A stretch of 64,000 nucleotides of DNA from a virus. Where the stretch lies: IMG/VR virus record IMGVR_UViG_3300020185_000011; one strand, 5' to 3'. Each line of letters starts with the position of its first letter. Position 1 is the first letter of the stretch. The notes under the pieces were generated by a model. That model was not told the DNA's origin, searched no databases, and worked only from the letters and a program-made list of their open reading frames with translations. This document shows, piece after piece, positions 20,307 to 29,650 of the stretch. The translations under genes and the position numbers were made by a program.

Positions 20307-21916
20307 TGGCAAAAACAGTAGACACATACTCAACTATTGAAGAGTTTAGACAAAAGTACAATGAACTAGCAGTTAATGTTGGTGATATCTCTGGCCTAAG
20401 AACAGAGAATCAAGAAACAGTTATTGATGCTCTGAATAGTTTAGAAGATAAATCATTCTTCTTCCAAGAGTTAATCTACACATGTACCAGTGGACAAACA
20501 GAATTTGGTTTGGGTACATCAATGCAAGTTGATGATTTTAACAACACACTTAGATTAAGAAAGGATAGATTCCAAGTATTCAAAAATTCTACTCTATTAT
20601 TAGAGGGTGCTGATTATTCTATATCTGCTGTTACTGGAAACATTTATTTCAAACTATCTCTAACAAGTGGTGCAACAGCAGGTGATAAACTTGTTGTCTA
20701 CTCATTCACAGGTTCATACTTAGGAACATCTACAATTGGTGCTCAATCAATTGGGTTCTTTACAGAGACAGCTGCAAATACAATTTATAATAACAACGAT
20801 AGTGGTGTTATTATCAATGGTAATTATGCAGATGCAGCCAACAGGGTAACAGCTCTTAGTGGTGGAAACACAATTGCAATGTATGGTCAAACTTTGCATG
20901 ATGGAAACTTTACAGTAGACACTGGACATACAATCACTGCACCAACCTTTACCGATTCAACAGCAACGATTACAGGCGGTGTGGGTACAGGTTTTAGTGC
21001 TATCACCTCAACAATATTTAACGGTAACCTAAGTGGTACGACTGCAGTTCTAACTTCAACAGTTCAAGCTGGTGGAGACATTACTTCATCTACAGACATA
21101 ATTGCTGGAAGTGAATTCGTAATCGGAAGTGCAAGAATAGATGAAACAGATTTAGAAAAAATCGATGACCTAACAAACGGAACTGTAATTGCTAGTAAAG
21201 CAGTTGCAGTAGATTCAAATAAAGATATTGGTGGATTCAGAAACATTACTGCAACAGCAGATATTACTGCTGGTAGTGAATTCATAATCGGAAGTGCAAG
21301 AGTAAATGAGACTGAACTAGAGATACTAGACGGTGCAACTTTAACCACTACAGAGATTAACTATCTTGACGGAACTACACTAGGAAGTGTTACTGCTAGT
21401 AACGTAGTTGCAGTTGATTCATCAAAAGATATCAGTGGATTTAGAAACATTACTGCAACTGGAGAGATAGAAGGTGGTTCACTTGATATCAACGGAAATG
21501 CAGACATTAGTGGTACCGTTTCCTTTGGTGGGGATGTTGACATTGATGGTGACTTAACATTCAATGGTACAACTTTCCAAGAATACGCACAAGACAGAGT
21601 TAAAGGATTACTAGACCACAATGGTCACTCAAACATAACTGCATCATATGAAGATTCAAATGATAAAATTATTCTTACTGCAGCTCCTCAATATGGGGAT
21701 AATGATGTTGCAGACTTAACAGTTGGCGGTACAGGTATTACCGAAACATACACTGGAGATGGAAACAGTTTGACATTCTCTACAGACCCAGGCGATGGAT
21801 TGAAAAATTCAGGCAGTGGAGTATCAGACAAAATTATGTTGGATTATGAAATAGTGTCAAACGCACCCACTTCCGTAGGGAGTACCGATGTTGGACACTT
21901 ATGGTTTGTGATATGA
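20306..21916 (+). CDS. Fibre/structural protein 1 (candidate carrier of zipper pair A/B)
   Basis: T.EEFRQKYN N-terminus, duplicated internal unit (..VAVDS.KDI.GFRNITAT..), ends APTSVGSTDVGHLWFVI. Confidence 0.6.
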   Translation: MAKTVDTYSTIEEFRQKYNELAVNVGDISGLRTENQETVIDALNSLEDKSFFFQELIYTCTSGQTEFGLGTSMQVDDFNNTLRLRKDRFQVFKNSTLLLEGADYSISAVTGNIYFKLSLTSGATAGDKLVVYSFTGSYLGTSTIGAQSIGFFTETAANTIYNNNDSGVIINGNYADAANRVTALSGGNTIAMYGQTLHDGNFTVDTGHTITAPTFTDSTATITGGVGTGFSAITSTIFNGNLSGTTAVLTSTVQAGGDITSSTDIIAGSEFVIGSARIDETDLEKIDDLTNGTVIASKAVAVDSNKDIGGFRNITATADITAGSEFIIGSARVNETELEILDGATLTTTEINYLDGTTLGSVTASNVVAVDSSKDISGFRNITATGEIEGGSLDINGNADISGTVSFGGDVDIDGDLTFNGTTFQEYAQDRVKGLLDHNGHSNITASYEDSNDKIILTAAPQYGDNDVADLTVGGTGITETYTGDGNSLTFSTDPGDGLKNSGSGVSDKIMLDYEIVSNAPTSVGSTDVGHLWFVI

Positions 21917-21917
21917 T

Positions 21918-23636
21918 ATGTCTGAAGAAACTTTTGTAAATATAGCAACGGAGATACAGCAACCTTACATTGCTCGTGTTCCTGTAAATGCTCAACAACC
22001 AAACATTAGACAGGTTGCTGTACAGTCACCAGCACAAGCACGTCAACCATCAACATACCAATACAGGTCTCCATTCATATACAATACTCCTGTAAGCGCA
22101 CAGCAACCTAACGTTAGGGATGCACGTCAACCTTTCACTTATACAAGACAAGGTCAGACCCCAACAACTTATCAGCATAGAAGTCCATTCACATATGCAA
22201 GACAAGGTCAACAACCAGCAATATATCAACATCAACAACCATACCCATATATTGCAGTAGCACAACAACCAAATGGTAGGGATGCACAACAACCTTATCC
22301 ATATATTGCACAAGCAAGACAGCCTGGATTCTATCAGCACCCTAGTCCATTTACATATCAAAATCCTGTAAATGCACAAGAACCAAATATTAGAGATGCA
22401 CAGCAACCGTATCCATACATTGCAGCTGGACAACAACCTACTATTAAGAATCAACAAGAACCTAATATACGTAATAGTCAAACACCATTCACATATAGAA
22501 ACCCAGTGAATGCACAAGAACCTAATATTAGAGATGCAAGACAGCCTGCTACATATCAGCATCAGTCTCCACTTACTTACAACTTTAGGTCTCCATTCAC
22601 GTATCAACATAGGTCACCATTCACATATAGAAATCCTGTAAGCGCACAAGAACCTAATATTAGAAACGCAAGACAGCCTGCTGAATATCAGCATCAGTCT
22701 CCATTCACTTATCAGAATCCTAGTAATGGTCAAGAGCCTAATATACGTAATAGTCAGACACCATTCACATATCAGAATCCAGTGAATGGACAACAACCTA
22801 ATATTAGAAGTGCCCAGCAACCGTATCCATACATTGCAAATTCACAAACACCATTTACGTATCAATATAGAAGTCCATTCACATATGCAAGGCAAGGACG
22901 AACACCATTTACTTATGCTGTGCAAACACCAGCAAATACATCTTCACAACAACCTTTGATTGCTCAGAGACCTTACATATTTGATGGTATCGATGGGGAT
23001 GATTCGAATCCAGCACCAACTACAACTTGGGGCCCAGGCGCTCAAGCTCAATATACTGTGGGTTCTCCTGCTTTTCCAATCTCTACAAATAGAGCATGGG
23101 ATAAGGCTGTTAGTTCTTTCGGTACTACGGCTAATAGTGCTACAGCATTTTTTAGATTCACTTATGGTGGAACAACATCAGCTGATGTTGATGTAGAATG
23201 GGCGGGAACTTTCCAACCAGCCACCAAGTTCTTCCCTGTATACGAAGATACTATAAACCATCATTCCCCAAGTGGAATTGACAGTACGTGGTCATGGGAA
23301 GCAAAATGGAATTCTACTGGAGACTCCAACTTGAACGAGCTGGGTATCAGTTTTGCTCCTCATCAATGGAGCACTTCTACAGGTAGTTACAAAGCAAAAG
23401 ATACATATTATAATATATGGAATGGGTCTTCTACGTCAAATTTGGTAGAATTCAAATGGAGAGCATCTGTGGGTAATCAGGGCGAATCAGAAGCATCGGT
23501 ACAGAGTACAGGTGTCGTATTTACCGTAAAAGTATCCAAGACAGGACAAACATCATTATACACTAGTTATAGTGCTGGGACAGTTAGACCAAGCGCATTC
23601 AACACTGGTGGCGGTGGTGGTGGAGGCTTCCAGTAA
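21918..23636 (+). CDS. Repeat protein A: Pro-punctuated 6/8/10-aa units plus ~220-aa C-terminal globular domain
   Basis: 44 units over aa 16-351; non-repetitive W/S/T-rich C-terminus ending GGGGGGFQ. Confidence 0.85.
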   Translation: MSEETFVNIATEIQQPYIARVPVNAQQPNIRQVAVQSPAQARQPSTYQYRSPFIYNTPVSAQQPNVRDARQPFTYTRQGQTPTTYQHRSPFTYARQGQQPAIYQHQQPYPYIAVAQQPNGRDAQQPYPYIAQARQPGFYQHPSPFTYQNPVNAQEPNIRDAQQPYPYIAAGQQPTIKNQQEPNIRNSQTPFTYRNPVNAQEPNIRDARQPATYQHQSPLTYNFRSPFTYQHRSPFTYRNPVSAQEPNIRNARQPAEYQHQSPFTYQNPSNGQEPNIRNSQTPFTYQNPVNGQQPNIRSAQQPYPYIANSQTPFTYQYRSPFTYARQGRTPFTYAVQTPANTSSQQPLIAQRPYIFDGIDGDDSNPAPTTTWGPGAQAQYTVGSPAFPISTNRAWDKAVSSFGTTANSATAFFRFTYGGTTSADVDVEWAGTFQPATKFFPVYEDTINHHSPSGIDSTWSWEAKWNSTGDSNLNELGISFAPHQWSTSTGSYKAKDTYYNIWNGSSTSNLVEFKWRASVGNQGESEASVQSTGVVFTVKVSKTGQTSLYTSYSAGTVRPSAFNTGGGGGGGFQ

Positions 23637-24661
23637 TGGCAACAGGACAACAACCATACGCATATCGTAACCCTATAATTGTAGGATATAGGATGCCTTC
23701 TATTGAGAACGCACAACAACCGTATCCATACATTGCAAATGCACAACAACCAAACATAAGGGATGCAAGACAGCCAGGAACATATGCAAGACAAGGGCAA
23801 ACGCCTTTTACTTATCAGCACCAGTCTCCATTCACTTACAGGAATCCTAGTAATGCACGTCAACCTGCTACATATCAGCATCAGTCTCCATTCACTTACA
23901 GAAACCCTGTAAATGGTCAAGAACCTAATATACGTAATAGTCAGACACCATTTACTTACAACTTTAGGTCTCCATTCACATATAGAAGTCCAGTGAATGC
24001 TCAAGAACCTAATATTAGAAACATACAACAACCTAATATTAGAAATCAGCAAGAGCCTAATATACGTAACAGTCAGACACCATTTACTTACAACTTTAGG
24101 TCTCCATCCACTTACAGGAATCCTAGTAATGCAAGGCAACCAGCGACTTATCAACATAGGTCACCACTTACATATAACCATAGGTCACCGTTTACCTATG
24201 CAAGACAGGCAATAAGACAAGTATCATATCAGCATCAATCACCGTATACGTATCGTAATCCTTCTAATGCACAAACAAATGTTGTTAAGGAAAGTCAGAC
24301 TCCATTCACATATGCTAGACAAGGTCAAACACCGTTTACGTATCAATATAGAAGTCCATTCACATATCAGAGAACAGGACGAACACCAGTGAATGCCAAT
24401 ACGGATATACAATATCCTTATATTGCAAGTGGTCAAGAGCCTAACATTAGAAACAGACAATTACCGTATCCATATATTGCAGCGGGTCAGACACCGTTTA
24501 CATATCAGCATAGGTCACCTTTCACTTATCAGAATCCAGTGCAAGGTCAAGAGCCTAATATTAGAAATTCACAAACACCGTTCTTCTATAATGCTGGTAG
24601 TCAAGTATCATATCAACACAGAAGTCCGTTCACATATCAAGTCACTTACAATACTACTAGG
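21963..24661 (+). repeat. Coding repeat arrays of A (21963-22970) and B (23654-24661)
   Basis: 18/24/30-nt units encoding PFTY.., PNIR.., PYPYIA.. and PVxAQE. Confidence 0.9.
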
Positions 24662-24805
24662 GTCATACCTAGATATGCAAGGGTCAAAGGTGTGTTCATA
24701 AATGACAATGGAACTTTAAGGAAATTAGACGAAGTTCACGTAAATGACAACGGAACGGCAAGAAAAATACACCAATCTGTACCAACTGCTCAGTATCAAA
24801 CTTAA
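23636..24805 (+). CDS. Repeat protein B (mirror partner of A)
   Basis: TAATG coupling to A; ~44 units over aa 7-342; C-terminal VKGVFINDNG..K..VHVNDNG..K segment. Confidence 0.85.
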   Translation: MATGQQPYAYRNPIIVGYRMPSIENAQQPYPYIANAQQPNIRDARQPGTYARQGQTPFTYQHQSPFTYRNPSNARQPATYQHQSPFTYRNPVNGQEPNIRNSQTPFTYNFRSPFTYRSPVNAQEPNIRNIQQPNIRNQQEPNIRNSQTPFTYNFRSPSTYRNPSNARQPATYQHRSPLTYNHRSPFTYARQAIRQVSYQHQSPYTYRNPSNAQTNVVKESQTPFTYARQGQTPFTYQYRSPFTYQRTGRTPVNANTDIQYPYIASGQEPNIRNRQLPYPYIAAGQTPFTYQHRSPFTYQNPVQGQEPNIRNSQTPFFYNAGSQVSYQHRSPFTYQVTYNTTRVIPRYARVKGVFINDNGTLRKLDEVHVNDNGTARKIHQSVPTAQYQT

Positions 24806-24823
24806 AAAGGTATAAATAGTTAC

Positions 24824-25153
24824 ATGGCTATTCTTGCAAACATATTCATCGACCAACATACAGACTTCAGTATTACTGTAGATGTAACCGATGCAACTGG
24901 AAATGTTCTTAACTTAACAGGTTATACTGCAGCTGCACAAATGAGAAAGACTTATACTTCCTCAAGTGCAAGTGCAACATTTACAACATCAATATCAGCA
25001 TCCGATGGTAAGGTAACATTATCATTAACTGATACACAAAGCGGAGCATTGGAGCCAGGTCGTTATGTATATGATATGACTGTAACTAGTGGTTCAACAA
25101 CTACTAGAGTAATAGAAGGACAGGCCATCGTAACCCCAAGTGTAACGAGGTGA
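24824..25153 (+). CDS. Small virion protein (BppU/baseplate-upper-like Ig fold)
   Basis: NLTGYTAAAQMRK, GRYVYDM, RVIEG...VTP.VTR. Confidence 0.6.
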   Translation: MAILANIFIDQHTDFSITVDVTDATGNVLNLTGYTAAAQMRKTYTSSSASATFTTSISASDGKVTLSLTDTQSGALEPGRYVYDMTVTSGSTTTRVIEGQAIVTPSVTR

Positions 25154-25157
25154 TAAT

Positions 25158-25403
25158 ATGGCGATTAGAGGAACATTAAGTAGAGTTGTAACCGTTGGTG
25201 GTAAAGTCACTGGTGGTGGAAACATCAAAGCAACACAGGTTGCTATGGGTGGAACTTCGGCATCTTCTACAGACATCACTGCAAAATCTATCAATGAACT
25301 TGCAGACGTAAACGCATCTGAAACAGACGATGGATTATTGTCTTATGATGCAACTTCAGACAAATGGACAACGACTACCGTACTAGACGGTGGAACGTTT
25401 TAA
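25158..25403 (+). CDS. Small fibre-associated protein ending LDGGTF
   Basis: GAGG RBS; L.DV....DG.L.YD....KW motif. Confidence 0.6.
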   Translation: MAIRGTLSRVVTVGGKVTGGGNIKATQVAMGGTSASSTDITAKSINELADVNASETDDGLLSYDATSDKWTTTTVLDGGTF

Positions 25404-25551
25404 TTGTCTAAATACTAGTACAAATCAAGGTTGTCGACAGTGAGGCAACGACCCACATTGTGAGTGGACAGACTACATTATGAACTCAACTTTTCTCGGG
25501 ATAGTGAACGAGAGACATAAACTAATTAATTTTATTTAAAGGAAAATAAAA

Positions 25552-27165
25552 ATGGCAACAGTAATTCAGATTAAAAGAAGTACAGGTGTATCTGCACCAG
25601 CTATCTCCGACCTTTCGGAAGGTGAATTAGCGTACGTACAGGATAGGTCGAATTCAGGCGCCGGAGCAAAACTTTACATTGAATCCGTAGATTCTGATAA
25701 CAGTACTCCTTTAATACAAGCCATCGGTGGTAAGTATTACACGGATATGTTAGCAGGTTCAACTGCAACACCATCTAACTTCAAAGTTGGTAACGGTGCT
25801 TCAGCAGGTGCAAGTGTTCAGTTAATGGAAGACAGTGATAATGGAACGAACTTCGTTGCATTAAAAGCTGCTGACACATTAGGTGCTTCGACAACCTTTA
25901 CTCTACCTACAGCGGATGGTTCTGCTAACCAAGTCATCGGTACAGATGGCAGTGGTAACTTATCATTCTTATCAACAACATCAACACTAGCAGGTGCAAC
26001 GGATTCAGATATTTCTGCTCCAGCAGCAGGACACGTTCTTGTTCATGACGGAAGTGATTCATTCGACAACGTAGCATTAAGTGGTGACGTAACATTAGCA
26101 TCTAGTGGTGCAGTAACAATCGGAAACGATAAAGTTACAACTGCTAAGATTCTAGACAGTAATGTAACAGTAGGAAAAATCGACTTCTTAGTAGACGAAG
26201 ACAATATGGCTTCTGACTCTGCAGTCAAAGTTCCTTCTCAGCAATCTGTAAAAGCATATGTAGATTCACAAGTAACAGCACAGGACTTAGACCTTGCTGG
26301 TGATAGTGGAACTGGTGCAGTCGACTTAGACTCTCAGTCAATCACATTTACTGGTGGAACTGGTGTAACAACTTCTGTATCGGGTCAAGCAGCGACTTTC
26401 GCTATTGGTCAGGCAGTTGCAACAACATCTAACGTAACTTTCAACAACGTAGACGTTGATGGAACACTTACATCGGATGACATCACATCTACAAATATCA
26501 GTGTTGCAGGTAATGCTACTATTACTGGAAACTTAACAGTTCAAGGCACAACAACAACTGTAGACTCAACAACAGTATCAATTGCAGACCCAGTGTTTGA
26601 AATTGGTTCAGATAGTTCAGATGATAATCTAGACCGTGGTATTAAATTCAAATATAACGATGGAGCTGCTAAACTTGGTTTCTTCGGTATGGACGAAAAT
26701 ACTCAGAAATTTACTGCATTAAAAGCTGCAACAGATAGTTCATCTGTATTCAGTGGAACAGCAATGGACGCAGTATTCGGTGGATTAGAAGCAACTGGTC
26801 TTGCATTAAGTGGTTCAATTACTTCATTAGACGGTGCAGCTCCAACAGCTGGACAGTTGATGGTTGGTAATGGTTCTAATGGAGACATGGAACTTGCAAC
26901 TCTAACTGCTGGTGAAGGTATTGACGTAACTAATGCAGATGGTGCTATCACTATTGCATCAGAAGTTGGTACAGGTTCTAACCTTGGTGTCGTTATCGTT
27001 GCAGCTGGAGAAGGGATGGATGCATCATACTCTGGCGGAACAGTAACAGTCGCTGGTGAAGATGCAACAACATCTAACAAAGGTATCGCAAGTTTTGCTT
27101 CTGCAAACTTCACGGTAACTTCGGGTGCAGTTACAGTCACTGGTATTGACGGCGGAACATTTTAA
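25552..27165 (+). CDS. Tail-fibre-like protein
   Basis: IQIKRS...AP....L.EGELA N-terminal domain; G/S/T-rich fibre motifs; ends IDGGTF. Confidence 0.7.
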   Translation: MATVIQIKRSTGVSAPAISDLSEGELAYVQDRSNSGAGAKLYIESVDSDNSTPLIQAIGGKYYTDMLAGSTATPSNFKVGNGASAGASVQLMEDSDNGTNFVALKAADTLGASTTFTLPTADGSANQVIGTDGSGNLSFLSTTSTLAGATDSDISAPAAGHVLVHDGSDSFDNVALSGDVTLASSGAVTIGNDKVTTAKILDSNVTVGKIDFLVDEDNMASDSAVKVPSQQSVKAYVDSQVTAQDLDLAGDSGTGAVDLDSQSITFTGGTGVTTSVSGQAATFAIGQAVATTSNVTFNNVDVDGTLTSDDITSTNISVAGNATITGNLTVQGTTTTVDSTTVSIADPVFEIGSDSSDDNLDRGIKFKYNDGAAKLGFFGMDENTQKFTALKAATDSSSVFSGTAMDAVFGGLEATGLALSGSITSLDGAAPTAGQLMVGNGSNGDMELATLTAGEGIDVTNADGAITIASEVGTGSNLGVVIVAAGEGMDASYSGGTVTVAGEDATTSNKGIASFASANFTVTSGAVTVTGIDGGTF

Positions 27166-27203
27166 TTAATATTTCACTAATCAATCAATACTAGGAGAGT
27201 AAC

Positions 27204-28031
27204 ATGGCAACAGTTATTAATTTTAAAAGAAGTTCGACTCAGAATGCAGTCCCGACTACTGGTGATTTATCACTAGGTGAAGTCGCGATTAATACCTATC
27301 ATGGTAGAATGTATACTGAAAAGAACGATGGGTCAGCAGCGATTACTGAAATCGGTTCTAACCCTAAAACTCTTTCTGTTAATGATGCCTACTCCTTTCC
27401 TACTAGTGACGGAACTTCAGGCCAAGTACTACAAACAGATGGTTCAGGCGCACTATCATTCACTTCTCAAGCATCAAGTGGAGTTGTAACGTTTACCTAC
27501 ACAATTGGTTCAACAACGACTGTTATCACAGGTAATGATGATAACAGTAATACGTTGCTCTATACAGCAGGTACGGAACAAGTTTATTTGAATGGTGTTA
27601 AGTTAATCGATGGCGGTGTCGACTACGCTGCAACAAATAGTAGTACTATCACACTAGAAGCAAATGCTTTAAGTGGAGATGTGCTAGAAGTAGTAGCAAT
27701 TACAGAAGCAGCTAACCTTGTACAAGGTTATTATACTGCATCTGTTTTAACTGCGACCACAGCAGACCAAGTATTATCTTCAAATGCAGTTGCAATTAAG
27801 GGCATCAAGTATGTAATTAATGCAACTCATGCTTCGGCAGGGACACATGCATGTGAAGTTTTACTTATTAATAACGGCTCGAATGCATACTTCGTACAAT
27901 ACGGAGATGTGTATTCAACAGCAAGTTTGTTCACATTGAGTGCAGATGTTGATTCGGGGAATATGAGATTACTCGTAACTCCAACCAACACTAACACTAC
28001 AATTGATACATTCCAAATTAGACATTCTTAA
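27204..28031 (+). CDS. Fibre-like structural protein
   Basis: Paralogous KRS..P....L..GE.A.N N-terminus; PTSDGTSGQVLQTDGSG; C-terminal domain shared with the next two genes. Confidence 0.65.
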   Translation: MATVINFKRSSTQNAVPTTGDLSLGEVAINTYHGRMYTEKNDGSAAITEIGSNPKTLSVNDAYSFPTSDGTSGQVLQTDGSGALSFTSQASSGVVTFTYTIGSTTTVITGNDDNSNTLLYTAGTEQVYLNGVKLIDGGVDYAATNSSTITLEANALSGDVLEVVAITEAANLVQGYYTASVLTATTADQVLSSNAVAIKGIKYVINATHASAGTHACEVLLINNGSNAYFVQYGDVYSTASLFTLSADVDSGNMRLLVTPTNTNTTIDTFQIRHS

Positions 28032-28044
28032 GGGGGATTGAACT

Positions 28045-28458
28045 ATGGCTAAATCTAATGCATTTAAAATAGCAGAATTAATCCGTGTCTTACAGTATAA
28101 TACATCTACAGATGAGATTAGTACGACTAAACCTATGAGCGATAAGAATACCACACGTAGTGATGCCACTACGACTGCAACTACCCAAATTAATTTGGAT
28201 ACGTTTGCCCATGCAACTCATAGAGCTGCAAGGTATGTGGTTGCAATGTCTTCGGCGGGAGAGTTTCATTCAACTGAAATCATGTTAGTTCATGATGGAA
28301 GTGATGTGACACTAACTCAATACGGCACGTTAAAAAGTGGTTCTGCTTTGGCAACATTTGATGCTGACATTAGTGGTGATGACCTCAGATTGAGAATCAC
28401 ACCTGCTAGTGCCACTTCAACCGTTACTAAATTTATTAGGACAACAGTAGACGCATAG
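28045..28458 (+). CDS. Structural protein (shared QYG-containing domain)
   Basis: RAARYVV..GEFHSTEIMLVHDG..TQYG..LATFDADI..LRLR. Confidence 0.6.
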   Translation: MAKSNAFKIAELIRVLQYNTSTDEISTTKPMSDKNTTRSDATTTATTQINLDTFAHATHRAARYVVAMSSAGEFHSTEIMLVHDGSDVTLTQYGTLKSGSALATFDADISGDDLRLRITPASATSTVTKFIRTTVDA

Positions 28459-28477
28459 ACAAAGATTAAAATCTTTT

Positions 28478-28505
28478 AAGGGGAACTTCGGTTCCCCTTT
28501 TTTTT
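28478..28505 (+). terminator. Rho-independent terminator with cUUCGg loop
   Basis: GGGGAAC-TTCG-GTTCCCC followed by T8. Confidence 0.85.
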
Positions 28506-28520
28506 GCTATAAATAGTACT

Positions 28521-29354
28521 ATGGCAACTCAATCCAAATTTTTTGCAGACGTAGGCATCCAAACATCGGGAGATACATCTATTGGTGGAAATCTCGTAGT
28601 CACTGGTGACCTAACTGTAAATGGAACTAACACAGTCATAGATTCTACAACTCAATCGGTTACAGATTCATTGATAGAACTTGCAAGTGGTAACACCACT
28701 GCAGATACAGTAGACATAGGAATCTATGGTAACTATAATGATGGTTTAAGTGGAGAAGGGGGTGCAAGTGAATATACAGGTCTATTCAGAGATGCTTCAG
28801 ATTCAACATGGAAATTATTTGATGGTTTAGAAGTTGAACCCACATCTACTGTTAATTTAAGTGGAAGTGGTTATGCATTAGCAGACTTACATGTTGGTGA
28901 CTTAGTTGCAACAACATTGACTGCAACAAATAGTTTAACAGGTGCAAGTATCAACTATCCAACCTCGGATGGTACTTCGGGTCAAGTACTTACTACAAAT
29001 GGTAGTGGTACATTAACATTTCAATCAGCAGCTGGTTTAGATGGTGGTACACTTACCACAACATCTACAAGTGAAACAAGTATGGATACATTCTCTACTA
29101 CTGCATATAGAAGTGCAAAGTATGAAGTATCTATTTCAGATGCAACAAGTGGAGTATATCAATTTACAGAATTAGCAATTGTTCATAATGGAACAACTGC
29201 AAGTGTGTCTCAGTACGGTACAGTTCTTACAGGGAATTCAGAACTTGCAACATTTGGTGTAGATATCAATATAGGAACTCTAAGAATTAGAGCAACTTCT
29301 GCTTCTACAAACTCAACCGTCTATAAATTTAAAAAGATTTTAGTAGATGTATAA
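28521..29354 (+). CDS. Fibre-like structural protein
   Basis: GNLVVTGDLTVNG, YTGLFRDASD..WKLF, shared C-terminal QYG domain. Confidence 0.65.
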   Translation: MATQSKFFADVGIQTSGDTSIGGNLVVTGDLTVNGTNTVIDSTTQSVTDSLIELASGNTTADTVDIGIYGNYNDGLSGEGGASEYTGLFRDASDSTWKLFDGLEVEPTSTVNLSGSGYALADLHVGDLVATTLTATNSLTGASINYPTSDGTSGQVLTTNGSGTLTFQSAAGLDGGTLTTTSTSETSMDTFSTTAYRSAKYEVSISDATSGVYQFTELAIVHNGTTASVSQYGTVLTGNSELATFGVDINIGTLRIRATSASTNSTVYKFKKILVDV

Positions 29355-29431
29355 AATACGTTACTTATGAGTGGGCAGAATCGATAAATAAATGTATCAC
29401 CCCTCGAGGTAAACCCTAAAAGGACACATAT

Positions 29432-29650
29432 ATGGCAACACAAAATACATTCGTAATAGAATACGGTCTGACAGTTGGGTCGACAGAGATTATTTCCTCA
29501 GCAGGAAAATTAGCTGCGACTGCAATATCATTACTTACTTCAGATAACCTCACAGAAGGTTCAACTAATCAATACTTTACTTCAAGTAGATTTAACTCTT
29601 CATTCGATACTAGATTATCAAATGCAGTTATTGATGGGGGTACTATCTAA
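29432..29650 (+). CDS. Small fibre-associated protein ending IDGGTI
   Basis: AGGA RBS; D.L.EGSTN.YFT motif; paralogous to the N-terminus of the next gene. Confidence 0.6.
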   Translation: MATQNTFVIEYGLTVGSTEIISSAGKLAATAISLLTSDNLTEGSTNQYFTSSRFNSSFDTRLSNAVIDGGTI

